NCBI GenBank assembly: GCA_017466685.1 | Contig: JAFTTS010000118.1 | Coordinates: 9,899-73,898 of the forward strand | Direction: 5' to 3' | DNA from: Clostridia bacterium | GTDB lineage: Bacteria > Bacillota > Clostridia > Oscillospirales > CAG-272 | Length of the DNA stretch: 64,000 nucleotides | In this document: positions 1-8,489 of the stretch, piece after piece | Position numbering within the stretch: the stretch's first letter is position 1 | How the letters are laid out: each line of letters begins with the position of its first letter | Program-made: the position numbers and the translations under genes | Notes under the pieces: model-generated | Databases searched by the model: none | Told to the model about the DNA's origin: nothing | The model's input: only the letters and a program-made list of their open reading frames with translations

Positions 1-419
1 TGTGGAAGATTATTATCATTATTATCATAATAAGTGCCGCCACCAATGCAAGCAGATACATTCCCGCACCGGAGGTAATACCGCTGGTTATCGCCCAGAA
101 AAGGTACAGAAGATCAAGCGGATCCTTGACTGCGGTTCTGAATCTTACGATAGAGAGCGCACCGACCATACCGAGCGAAATAACGATATTGGTGCTTATT
201 GCAAGCGTAACCATCGCGGTGAGTACAGTCATACCGACGAGCGTCACGGCAAAGCTTCGCGAATAAATAACGCCGACGTAAAATTTACTGTAAACCAAAT
301 AGATAACGGCACCCATTATAAGTGCACAAACAAGTCCGAGCGCGATATTTGTAAGGCTCGCGCCGTCAAACGCACCCGATTCCAAAATGGATTTCTTGAT
401 AAAATCTTGTATACTCATA
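1..419 (-). CDS. DUF4956-family membrane protein (start present, C-terminus runs off the window edge)
   Basis: It is absent from the ORF track because no stop lies in the window. My translation from ATG 419-417 (GGAGA about 7 nt upstream) reads MSIQDFIKKSILESGAFDGASLTNIALGLVCALIMGAVIYLVY...SLGMVGALSIVRFRTAVKDPLDLLYLFWAITSGITSGAG. This gives TM helices plus the SIVRFRTAxKDP core I associate with DUF4956. It begins 14 nt after the VTC gene stop. Confidence 0.75.
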
Positions 420-432
420 TGTTTATCTCCTG

Positions 433-1154
433 TCAATTTTCATACCAATATTTGAAGCTGTTCATATATTCGGTTTTCTCATAGCAGAGAACATATTTTG
501 AAACCGCCGTAAATTCCGATGCCCTGTCGGGAAGTATTTCGCGGACTATCTGCGGAAGGAACTCCGTGAATTTAACCTCCATAACGCATTTTCCGGGTTC
601 TAAAACAGGAAGCGCAGGCAATGTGGGATCGAATATATCGAAGCTTCCGATCGCCGCTCGCACGTCCGAGTCAAAGGTGATCCTGACTGTTCCCTCGTCA
701 ATTATCCACGGTTCACGCTCATAGTCAACAATAGTCCTCGGACGCATCACGTTGCTCATACATTCAAAGTAAAACTCGCGGCAAAGCGGCTTATCACTTT
801 TCAGAAGAAAATCATAACGCCGTCGAGTATCTTATATACCTCATCCTTTGTCAGCGAGGCGGATTCCTTGAATATATAGCTTCCGAACTTCTTTTTTCGC
901 TCGAGCTTGATACTGCTGTCCGAGCAGTCATATATGCGGATTCTGTATTTCTTTCGTCTGAGAACACCTGCGTCCTTTTCTTCATATGCCGAATTGTAAT
1001 AATCGTCAAAATAAAGACTTCTGAGCATATAACCGCCGTTTTTTGCGTGCTTGTCAAGCTTGAGTACAGGTGACAGACGGTTGCATATCGCTGCCTTTTG
1101 TGCCGTATCGATAAGATACTTCCATTCGTTTCGATAACGCTCAGTCTTCGACAT
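433..1154 (-). pseudogene. VTC-domain (polyphosphate polymerase-like) gene split by an apparent frameshift near 811-830
   Basis: ORFs 801..1154 (RYRNEWKYLI..., the VTC N-terminal signature) and 433..759 (RPRTIVDYEREPW...EVKF...) together make about 225 aa, the usual VTC length. The downstream frame is open back to a TAA at about 829-831 and reads ...YDFLLKSDKPLCREFYFECMSNVMRP, continuing the family sequence. A 1-nt indel between ILDG and YDFLL would restore one ORF. Confidence 0.6.
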
Positions 1155-2892
1155 ATGTATCCTCCACTATGCCGCCGTCAGCGTTGACATAGAAGCATCT
1201 TGTACCGTAAACTTTGCCGTTTTCCGTAATATAATAGTCAAACGCATACTGGCTGTTTCCGCTCTGATCCTTCGCCGAAACACGCATAAAATACTGTCCC
1301 TCGGGAAGAAGCTCAAACTCGACCGTCGGAATAACGATATCCTCTTTTTTGAAGATAACTTCACTGAAAGCACAGTCACGTGCAAGCTCAAAGGTGTAGG
1401 TTATATTCTCCGCATCAAAATCGTAAGAAGCTTCCCAATCAACCGTTATTTTGCCGTTTTTACTTGTCGGCGTTCCGATAAAGAACGGAAGCGGCTTTTC
1501 GAGCGATTCCTTGTAACGAAGATAATTCGCCTCAACCTCTGCAAAGCAGGCGTCTGCAACAATGTCATATTCCTCCTCGGTAAGCGGCGCATATATACTG
1601 TCAATTCCGCTGTACACGTAAGGTTTCAAAAGCTCGGAATATGTATTAACCATAGAATTTATACGCTCGGCATTCAGATATTCGCGAAGATCATTCATCG
1701 CGCCGTCAAGTGCCTCGCGGAACACCTCCGATTTAAGGCATCTTCTGAACAGTACATTTCCCCAATAATTGCTGACTCCGCTTTCCCATTCGCTGTAATC
1801 GCTTCGGTTGTTGACCTCATGCTCGGCACGCTTTAAGAGCGCATCGTTGTCCCATGCGAGGATATACCACCGTTCACTGTTGAGCGGACTGTACATATAG
1901 AAATTTCGGTTCTGCGTGTCAACGTTTCCGATAAGGATCTGGAATGCCATCCAGTATGCAATGTTTTCAATGTCAAAATGCTCGTTAAGAATATTCTCTA
2001 TCGGAATCGAATAATCGTTTATCTTTTCAAGCAGAGAGATAAGCTTTGTATGATCGTCGCTTCCCTTGGTTTCGAGTATCGCCTCAAAGGCGGCGGCATC
2101 GTATTCGGGATCGCTTGTGAGACGTATCTCATCCTCATATCTGTAAAACTCACAGACGTTTATCTTGTAAAGATGACCGTTTTTGTCAAGCCCGTGAGTC
2201 TTGAGTGCAGTTTTGTTGAGCTGCTCGACCTGGGTGTAAATTCCGTAATCCTCAAATTTTGCACCCTCACCCGAGGTTGTGTCCTTAACATAGAGGTGAA
2301 CAAAGGTCGTTCGCAGGCTCATAAGCTCATCAATTCCCGAAAGCAGATCAAAGCCGAGCTTGTTACGGAAGCGTAAACCGTCGCCCTGATGCTTGTTGAG
2401 TGCTATTGTCGTTTGCCCTCTCCAGTCGCCTTTATTGTCCTTTATGCTTATCTTGTAATTCTTCTGTGCATTAAGGCTGGAGCTCTGACCTCTTATCTGA
2501 ACGGTACAGTTAGGCGCAACCTGTCCGTAACCGAGCTCACCGGGAATGAGCCCATTTTCATCGCCGACCTGGATAAGTCCGGCAACCTTGTAACGGTCAA
2601 CTCCCATTCGCTCGTAATCGTAAACCGAATAGGTGTTTATCTCCTCCCAGGTGTGATCGGTGTTCTCCGCCGAGTTTCCCATAGAGACCGTCAGATACAT
2701 TGTAACGATTTCGGTATTATTCTGATTTTCATATAAAAGCGACTTATCACGGATGTGTATATCCTCCGAATCCGAGATTTCGGGAACGTCAACGCTTGTA
2801 CCGAGATCGGTGTTCACAGCCTCCTCACATCCGACATTACCGAGCAATATCGCAGACAGAAGTAAAACCGCCGCAAGCCTCTTTATCTTCAT
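1141..2892 (-). CDS. cotH: CotH-family atypical protein kinase, predicted lipoprotein
   Basis: 583 aa. Signal/lipobox MKIKRLAAVLLLSAILLGNVGC. CotH-like blocks ALNKHQGDGLRFRNKLGFDLL and NRNFYMYSPLNSERWYILAWDNDALL. The start ATG overlaps the pelG TGA (ATGA at 2889-2892). Confidence 0.85.
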   Translation of the reverse strand: MKIKRLAAVLLLSAILLGNVGCEEAVNTDLGTSVDVPEISDSEDIHIRDKSLLYENQNNTEIVTMYLTVSMGNSAENTDHTWEEINTYSVYDYERMGVDRYKVAGLIQVGDENGLIPGELGYGQVAPNCTVQIRGQSSSLNAQKNYKISIKDNKGDWRGQTTIALNKHQGDGLRFRNKLGFDLLSGIDELMSLRTTFVHLYVKDTTSGEGAKFEDYGIYTQVEQLNKTALKTHGLDKNGHLYKINVCEFYRYEDEIRLTSDPEYDAAAFEAILETKGSDDHTKLISLLEKINDYSIPIENILNEHFDIENIAYWMAFQILIGNVDTQNRNFYMYSPLNSERWYILAWDNDALLKRAEHEVNNRSDYSEWESGVSNYWGNVLFRRCLKSEVFREALDGAMNDLREYLNAERINSMVNTYSELLKPYVYSGIDSIYAPLTEEEYDIVADACFAEVEANYLRYKESLEKPLPFFIGTPTSKNGKITVDWEASYDFDAENITYTFELARDCAFSEVIFKKEDIVIPTVEFELLPEGQYFMRVSAKDQSGNSQYAFDYYITENGKVYGTRCFYVNADGGIVEDTYVED

Positions 2893-4346
2893 TTTGTCCT
2901 GTCCTCCAATTTATCCTCTAAAAATACGCCAAGACGGGTAAACATTCCCGATCTGTCCTCGGCGACAAGCGGCTGAACCGATAAAATATAATAAGGCAGC
3001 CGTTTGGTGAAATAATCGAGCCTTAATGTACACAACACAACAAAGATCATCGCCGCAAGCAAGAATCCGAAGCCGTAGAATACATACGGGAAGAAAAGCG
3101 AGATCACCGTGAAAATGACCGTCGTCGCCGCAAAAACGCCCGTGGTCAGCATTGCACCTCTGTAATCGGTGAAATAAAGAAGAATCAGCATCATCATGTT
3201 TCCGATGGCGTAAAGACCGTAGGCAACGCAGAGGGTTCTGAAATAACCGCGCATGATCTCGTTAAAGCCAAGCGGCAGAAGATCGAGCAGATATCCGCCG
3301 AGTGCAATACACGCCGCAGTGAAAAGAAGCTGCTTTAATGAGGTGTAAAAAATCTCTGTCTTAAGGGTTGTCAGCATTTCCTTTTCGGATTGCTTGATGT
3401 CGTTTATCGTTCCCTTGTCGTTATAAAGACTGTAATGATTGCGGTATTTCGGATAAAAATTGACCTCAACGGAAACAACAAAATTCACAGTTGTCATAAT
3501 CGCTGTCATAAAAGCAAGCAGTGCAGGAACATCATGCCACGGAGCACCGTAAAAAAGCCCGTGAACGCGGACACCGATATCCGAAAACCACATGATAACA
3601 AGATGCGAAAACATACCGATATTCATAAAAAGTCCCGAAAGTGCAAGCGGCAGAAATGCGTCTATCCACTTCATAAAGGTAAACGCTCCAAGCTTTGTGC
3701 TCGGGAAATATCGGTGAAGGAGTATAACATCCCAAATAAGCATCACGCCGTATCCGACTGTTACTGCCAAAAGAAGCGATTCGATGACGGGAAGCTCAAA
3801 GGCTATCATGATCGCACCGACGATGAAAGCAACCGCAACGGCACTCAAAAACGATAAAAATACACCCTTATAATCCTTTATCGCCGTCAGATAGCTCATC
3901 GCATTCCAGACGATACCAAGCTCACCGAAAAGCACGAAGCAGAGGAAGCCTTGCATAAATGTCGCGCCCGAGAATATGAGGAAAATTCCGTAAATAACAC
4001 TTCCGACCGCCATAATGATAACCGTCGAACCCCAGAATGATGGCAGCACCGCACCGTTATTTTCCTCAAAAAGCATATCGGCGACGTATCTTGTAACGAC
4101 CATCGAGAAAAACGATGATACACTGACCGAAAAAAGCAGCGTGTAGGTTATCATACAAATAAGCAGCTCACGCGAATAAACGTCAACTTTCGCAAACGAG
4201 CAAAGTACCATTATTCCAAGCAGTAAAACGACACCGAGCAGCATCGGACCTGCACAGATAACAGTCGCATATCCGTATGCCTTGGCGGAGTTAAGGACTC
4301 CCTTTTTAAGAAACAGCTTTTTTAATTCGAAGCCGATACCTGCCAC
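2889..4346 (-). CDS. pelG: Pel exopolysaccharide export/polymerisation membrane protein PelG
   Basis: 485 aa polytopic membrane protein. The N-terminus (M/V)AGIGFELKKLFLKKGVLNSAKAYGYATVICAGPMLLG matches the characteristic PelG start. GTG start with GAGGTGG 7 nt upstream. It overlaps the pelF end. Confidence 0.85.
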   Translation of the reverse strand: MAGIGFELKKLFLKKGVLNSAKAYGYATVICAGPMLLGVVLLLGIMVLCSFAKVDVYSRELLICMITYTLLFSVSVSSFFSMVVTRYVADMLFEENNGAVLPSFWGSTVIIMAVGSVIYGIFLIFSGATFMQGFLCFVLFGELGIVWNAMSYLTAIKDYKGVFLSFLSAVAVAFIVGAIMIAFELPVIESLLLAVTVGYGVMLIWDVILLHRYFPSTKLGAFTFMKWIDAFLPLALSGLFMNIGMFSHLVIMWFSDIGVRVHGLFYGAPWHDVPALLAFMTAIMTTVNFVVSVEVNFYPKYRNHYSLYNDKGTINDIKQSEKEMLTTLKTEIFYTSLKQLLFTAACIALGGYLLDLLPLGFNEIMRGYFRTLCVAYGLYAIGNMMMLILLYFTDYRGAMLTTGVFAATTVIFTVISLFFPYVFYGFGFLLAAMIFVVLCTLRLDYFTKRLPYYILSVQPLVAEDRSGMFTRLGVFLEDKLEDRTK

Positions 4347-5752
4347 TCGTTTTCCACCTCTTTATATAGATCTCTGTATTTTGTCAGCATGATGTGATAT
4401 CTGAAATATGTATATGCACGCTTCTGTCCGATCTCGCCCATTTTAAGCCGCAGCTCACGTGAATCGCAAAGCAGCTCCATCGCGTCCGCAAGCTTTTCTC
4501 TCTGCATCGGCGGAACAAAATATCCCGCTTTTCCGAGCGTATCGGATGGACCGCCGTTCAAAAGCTCGTTGCAGCATCCAACGTCCGTCGTAACACAAGG
4601 TCTGCGTGCCGCGAACGATTCAAGCACCGAAAGGGGTTGTCCCTCGGAAATACTTGTAAGCAGCGTAAAATCAAGCTTTTCAAAATATTCAATGATATTG
4701 ACACGTCCCGTGAATATGATCTTGTTTTCAAGTCCGAGCTGTTTTGTGAGCGCGTAACATTCGTCGGCATATTCCTGATCGTCAACACCGCCCATTATAT
4801 GCAGGCGCACGTTATCTTTTCTGCAGGAAAGCTCGAAAAAGGCATATATCATGGTCTTGATATCCTTGATCGGCGCAAGCCTTACAACCGCACCTATGTC
4901 AACGATACCGTCATCCTCTTTAAGCGGAATGTCACACAAACGCTCATAGCTGATACCGTTCTCGATAACTCTGCACCTTTCCGCTTTTGCCCCCATGTCG
5001 ATCTGCGTATGCATCGCACGTGTGAAAAGCGACGTGATACGAAATGCTCTGTCATACGTAAGATCGGAGAGCATATAGAAAAAGTCTATCCAGTGCGGCT
5101 TGAAGGCACGCGAAACCCATTTTGCGCGGATTATTTCTTCTTCACGTTCACGGGTATATATTCCGTGTTCGGTTAAAAGCATCGGCTTTTTGTTTATGTA
5201 TGCGCCCATCGAAGCGAGCATACCGCCGTAACCCGTACATATAGCATGATATACGTCCGCATCGGGAATCTCCGTACCCATCAGATAAAGCACCGGGAGA
5301 AGCCTTGAGCGAACCGAATGAAAAGCATCCGAAAAAGCGATGAACGGAAATTCCTTTTTGCAGGTTTCTGTAAGCGTTTCGAGGAAGCTTTCACTTTTAA
5401 GGTACGACATCGGATTTATCCGCTTAACCTGATACATATCAAAAAGCAGATCCCAATCGGGCTTATCGGAAGCAACGAGACGGCGCAGTGCCTCCTTTTC
5501 CTTTTCAGAGAAGGAGTGATGAAACACACCGCGATCCTTTACCCTCAGCGCATCGTCAAGGAAAACCTGATATACCTCCGAGACATTTTCGGGAAGCGTA
5601 TAAACAAACTTGTCCTTATCCTCAGCCTTCGCGCCGATAACCCAAAGGACAAATTCATGCTCGGGCATTTCGTTTATATATTGGTGCATCCAAGTGGAAA
5701 CACCGCCGTTTATATAGGGATAACAGCCTTCCAAAATCAAACAGATTCTCAC
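4322..5752 (-). CDS. pelF: Pel glycosyltransferase PelF (GT4 with DUF3492-type N-terminus)
   Basis: 476 aa. The N-terminus RICLILEGCYPYINGGVSTWMHQYI resembles the PelF signature LLEGTYPYVxGGVSSWVHQLI. The C-terminal half is GT4-like (SISEGQPLSVLESFAARRPCVTTDVG). GTG start with AGGAG 6 nt upstream. Confidence 0.88.
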   Translation of the reverse strand: MRICLILEGCYPYINGGVSTWMHQYINEMPEHEFVLWVIGAKAEDKDKFVYTLPENVSEVYQVFLDDALRVKDRGVFHHSFSEKEKEALRRLVASDKPDWDLLFDMYQVKRINPMSYLKSESFLETLTETCKKEFPFIAFSDAFHSVRSRLLPVLYLMGTEIPDADVYHAICTGYGGMLASMGAYINKKPMLLTEHGIYTREREEEIIRAKWVSRAFKPHWIDFFYMLSDLTYDRAFRITSLFTRAMHTQIDMGAKAERCRVIENGISYERLCDIPLKEDDGIVDIGAVVRLAPIKDIKTMIYAFFELSCRKDNVRLHIMGGVDDQEYADECYALTKQLGLENKIIFTGRVNIIEYFEKLDFTLLTSISEGQPLSVLESFAARRPCVTTDVGCCNELLNGGPSDTLGKAGYFVPPMQREKLADAMELLCDSRELRLKMGEIGQKRAYTYFRYHIMLTKYRDLYKEVENEWQVSASN

Positions 5753-5761
5753 AGTTGACTC

Positions 5762-7603
5762 CTATTTGAAGGATACCGTAACCGTTTGTTTATCTGCAAC
5801 AAGCAAATAAAGATCTCCCGTTAAATGGGTAAGTGTTCCGCCGGACACGGTATCGGGAATTTTAGTATTGAAGCGCACAAAGAGCTGTGCTTCATCATAG
5901 AAATTATCAAGTGTTATAATCATTTTGTCATCGTAGGTTTCACATTCGGGTGCAACCGCAACAAAACGCTGAACAGCCGCAGAAAGCTCCGAGCCGGTCA
6001 GATTTCGAAGTGACGGTGCACTGCCGTAAAGCCATGACAAAAACTCATTAAATTTCGCTTTCATAGTTTCCCATCCCAGCTCTGCACCGCGCTCCGGGTC
6101 AAGAGCATCGTCGGGATGAGTAAAATGATCATTGACAAAATGAAGATTCAACTCGGAAATTGCGGCTATCTTCATAAAATCGTTTATATCACAGCCCGAA
6201 ATTATACGCGGCTGATCGACGACACCGTTCTTTGCTGCATCAAACTCCTGAACCAGCGCAAAATCAAGCTGTGCATCCGGGAAATAGATACCCGAAAGAG
6301 TTTTGATCTGCGGATATTCCTTTATCAGAAATTCCCTGCCCTCTTTGGAAAGCAGATTTGACGGAGGAACGTAAACTGCCATCTCAACGTCGGGAAACAG
6401 CTCGTCACAGAAAGACTCCAGCTCATCAAAAGCCGTTTTCATCGCCGCATAGCTTTCCCAGGTTTTATATTCGTATATTCCCTTATAGTCGCAGTTGTCA
6501 AAGCAGAGCGGCTGGTGATTATATCCGTGGTAACCGATCTCCCCACCTTTGCGAAGAAGCATATTTCCGAAATTAAGAAATGTTCCCGTGTCGGGAGTTG
6601 CATTGATCGTACCGTCAACAGCATTGTCATAACATTCTATTGCAAGTCCCGTATATTTCATGCCGTATTTGTCGGCAAGGTTCATCATATCGGGCCACCA
6701 GATGTTTATGTAGAAATCACGTATGGTCGTGCTGTAATCGCGCTCGATATATTCACTGTTTCCGTCCGGTATCTGCGAGGGAAAATCGTCAAGATAAAAT
6801 GCAGAGCCGTTTATTACGGGGTACACGCAAACATCCGTGAGCAGACTGTACGATGCGGCATAAAAACCACGGAAGGCTTTGTCGTAAACTCCGATATTAG
6901 CAGCAACAAATACACCGTCACCGTAAACCTTTTTCCAGATAAGCGGCACACCGTCCACCTCGCTTGTTGCGGCGTAAACTGTAACACCGTCCTGTGAAAG
7001 CTGCAGTGTCCTTGCCGAATCAAAGCCATCGGGAATACCGAAGCTCTCACCGCCGCCGACCATAAAGTCGGGAAAAACGTAGATATTATCTACCGGATAA
7101 TACGACTCACCGCAGTCAACGATTCCGAGCTTGGCATCGACCACGGATGAATAAGGATTCGTCTCAAGCGTCAGTGGCAGATAAAGATTACCGCCGCCGT
7201 AAACCCAATCGCAAATTGATATAATACCCTCGCCAACCGGTGTCAGATCACTGAGAAGCAGGACTATAACCGTATAATCTTCAAAATCCGGTAACTTCTC
7301 CGTCGCAAGGTCAACGCAGTCACGTCCAACCTTCATGTCATCGAAAATAACCGTGAACTGACTGAAGATATCCCCGGCACCGGGCTCGTCACTGTTCCAT
7401 AAAACAAGCGTGTCTTTTTTGAGCGACGAACACGCTTCGCTTTTTGTAACGATTCTTTCCTCGGGCAAAAAATCAAGCTTCTTCGTGGTGTAATTAAACT
7501 GTATACCGTATAGCTCAACAAGCAGGATCAGCGAAATCAGCATAAATACAAGAACGATCACAATAACGCCCTTATATCTGAAATTCCGTATTGCCAATTT
7601 CAT
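5762..7603 (-). CDS. pelA: PelA-like polysaccharide deacetylase (DUF2194 type), membrane anchored
   Basis: N-terminal TM helix. It has a CE4-like metal/acid motif region (GYHGYNHQP) and sits between pelE and pelF, as the deacetylase-only PelA does in Gram-positive pel loci. I place the start at ATG 7603, which overlaps the pelE stop as ATGA. The ORF track starts 9 nt earlier at a TTG. Confidence 0.7.
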   Translation of the reverse strand: MKLAIRNFRYKGVIVIVLVFMLISLILLVELYGIQFNYTTKKLDFLPEERIVTKSEACSSLKKDTLVLWNSDEPGAGDIFSQFTVIFDDMKVGRDCVDLATEKLPDFEDYTVIVLLLSDLTPVGEGIISICDWVYGGGNLYLPLTLETNPYSSVVDAKLGIVDCGESYYPVDNIYVFPDFMVGGGESFGIPDGFDSARTLQLSQDGVTVYAATSEVDGVPLIWKKVYGDGVFVAANIGVYDKAFRGFYAASYSLLTDVCVYPVINGSAFYLDDFPSQIPDGNSEYIERDYSTTIRDFYINIWWPDMMNLADKYGMKYTGLAIECYDNAVDGTINATPDTGTFLNFGNMLLRKGGEIGYHGYNHQPLCFDNCDYKGIYEYKTWESYAAMKTAFDELESFCDELFPDVEMAVYVPPSNLLSKEGREFLIKEYPQIKTLSGIYFPDAQLDFALVQEFDAAKNGVVDQPRIISGCDINDFMKIAAISELNLHFVNDHFTHPDDALDPERGAELGWETMKAKFNEFLSWLYGSAPSLRNLTGSELSAAVQRFVAVAPECETYDDKMIITLDNFYDEAQLFVRFNTKIPDTVSGGTLTHLTGDLYLLVADKQTVTVSFK

Positions 7604-8475
7604 TTTTTCCAAAATGCGAGCGCCTCCTTTGCCGAAATATACGTTTTGTTATTTTCAACTTCCTCAATAAGCTTCCTTATCTGTGCGCCGTCACCGACTG
7701 ATGCAAGGTATTCAAGCTTTAAAAGTATGTATTCCTCGGTATCACGCCAGCTATAAGCCATTTCGTCAAGCGCCCTCTCTGCCTCAAAGTAATTTTTGCG
7801 CTTTAACTCGTTTTTGATAAGACGCGAATAATCGTTAATGTCACTGCTGTGCTCAAGCTTTTTGTTCATCAAGGTTGAGAAAAGCTCGCGGTTCAAAACC
7901 TCAACCTGTCCCTGCATGAGATTCTGCGAAAGACAGCTCCACAAAAACTCGGTATACTCGCAAAGCACATCGTTATCATCGGGATACAGCGAATACTTAC
8001 GCTCAAGCTCCTGCAGTCTGTAGTCATTTTCCTTTGAAATTTCGACCATCGCCGTCACCGCATAGTGAACGACCTCGGTGTCATCGTTATTGCCTGCTTT
8101 TTGAAGAAACTCAACATACTCCTTGGGATTATCATTGAGAACATCCATGATTATCGAACGTCGCTCTCCCGCAGAATTGATGAGAAGTGCTTCCTCAATC
8201 GGAACGGTCGAATCGGCAACCTTTTTGTCGTCAACGGTAACACTTTTGTAAAGCTCCGATTCAAGCTTCATTTTTTCAACGCCGACGTCGATACTGTCAT
8301 CGGCATCAAACGCAATCTGAAAATGCAGAATGAGCACAAGAAGCAATCCCCAGAACGGCAAAAGCAGGGATACAAAAAACATATATTTATGAACCTTCAG
8401 TATGCCGAGCCGTATTCCGAAAAAAACGAGCAGACAGCATACCAGGTGCAGTACCGCGAGGATAAGAAATAACAT
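7600..8475 (-). CDS. pelE: PelE-like protein (two N-terminal TM helices plus helical-repeat domain)
   Basis: 291 aa. It has two hydrophobic helices in the first 55 aa, then an alpha-helical repeat-like soluble part. Its position between pelD and pelA matches the pelDEA order. The assignment rests on architecture and synteny, not on a strong motif. Confidence 0.6.
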   Translation of the reverse strand: MLFLILAVLHLVCCLLVFFGIRLGILKVHKYMFFVSLLLPFWGLLLVLILHFQIAFDADDSIDVGVEKMKLESELYKSVTVDDKKVADSTVPIEEALLINSAGERRSIIMDVLNDNPKEYVEFLQKAGNNDDTEVVHYAVTAMVEISKENDYRLQELERKYSLYPDDNDVLCEYTEFLWSCLSQNLMQGQVEVLNRELFSTLMNKKLEHSSDINDYSRLIKNELKRKNYFEAERALDEMAYSWRDTEEYILLKLEYLASVGDGAQIRKLIEEVENNKTYISAKEALAFWKK

Positions 8476-8489
8476 TTTTAATTCATCCC

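Noticed and set aside
2-484. A 160-aa plus-strand ORF at the left edge.
   Set aside because: It lies antisense to a well-supported DUF4956 gene, which has its own RBS and family motif. Its translation is His/Arg/Lys-rich with no recognisable fold.
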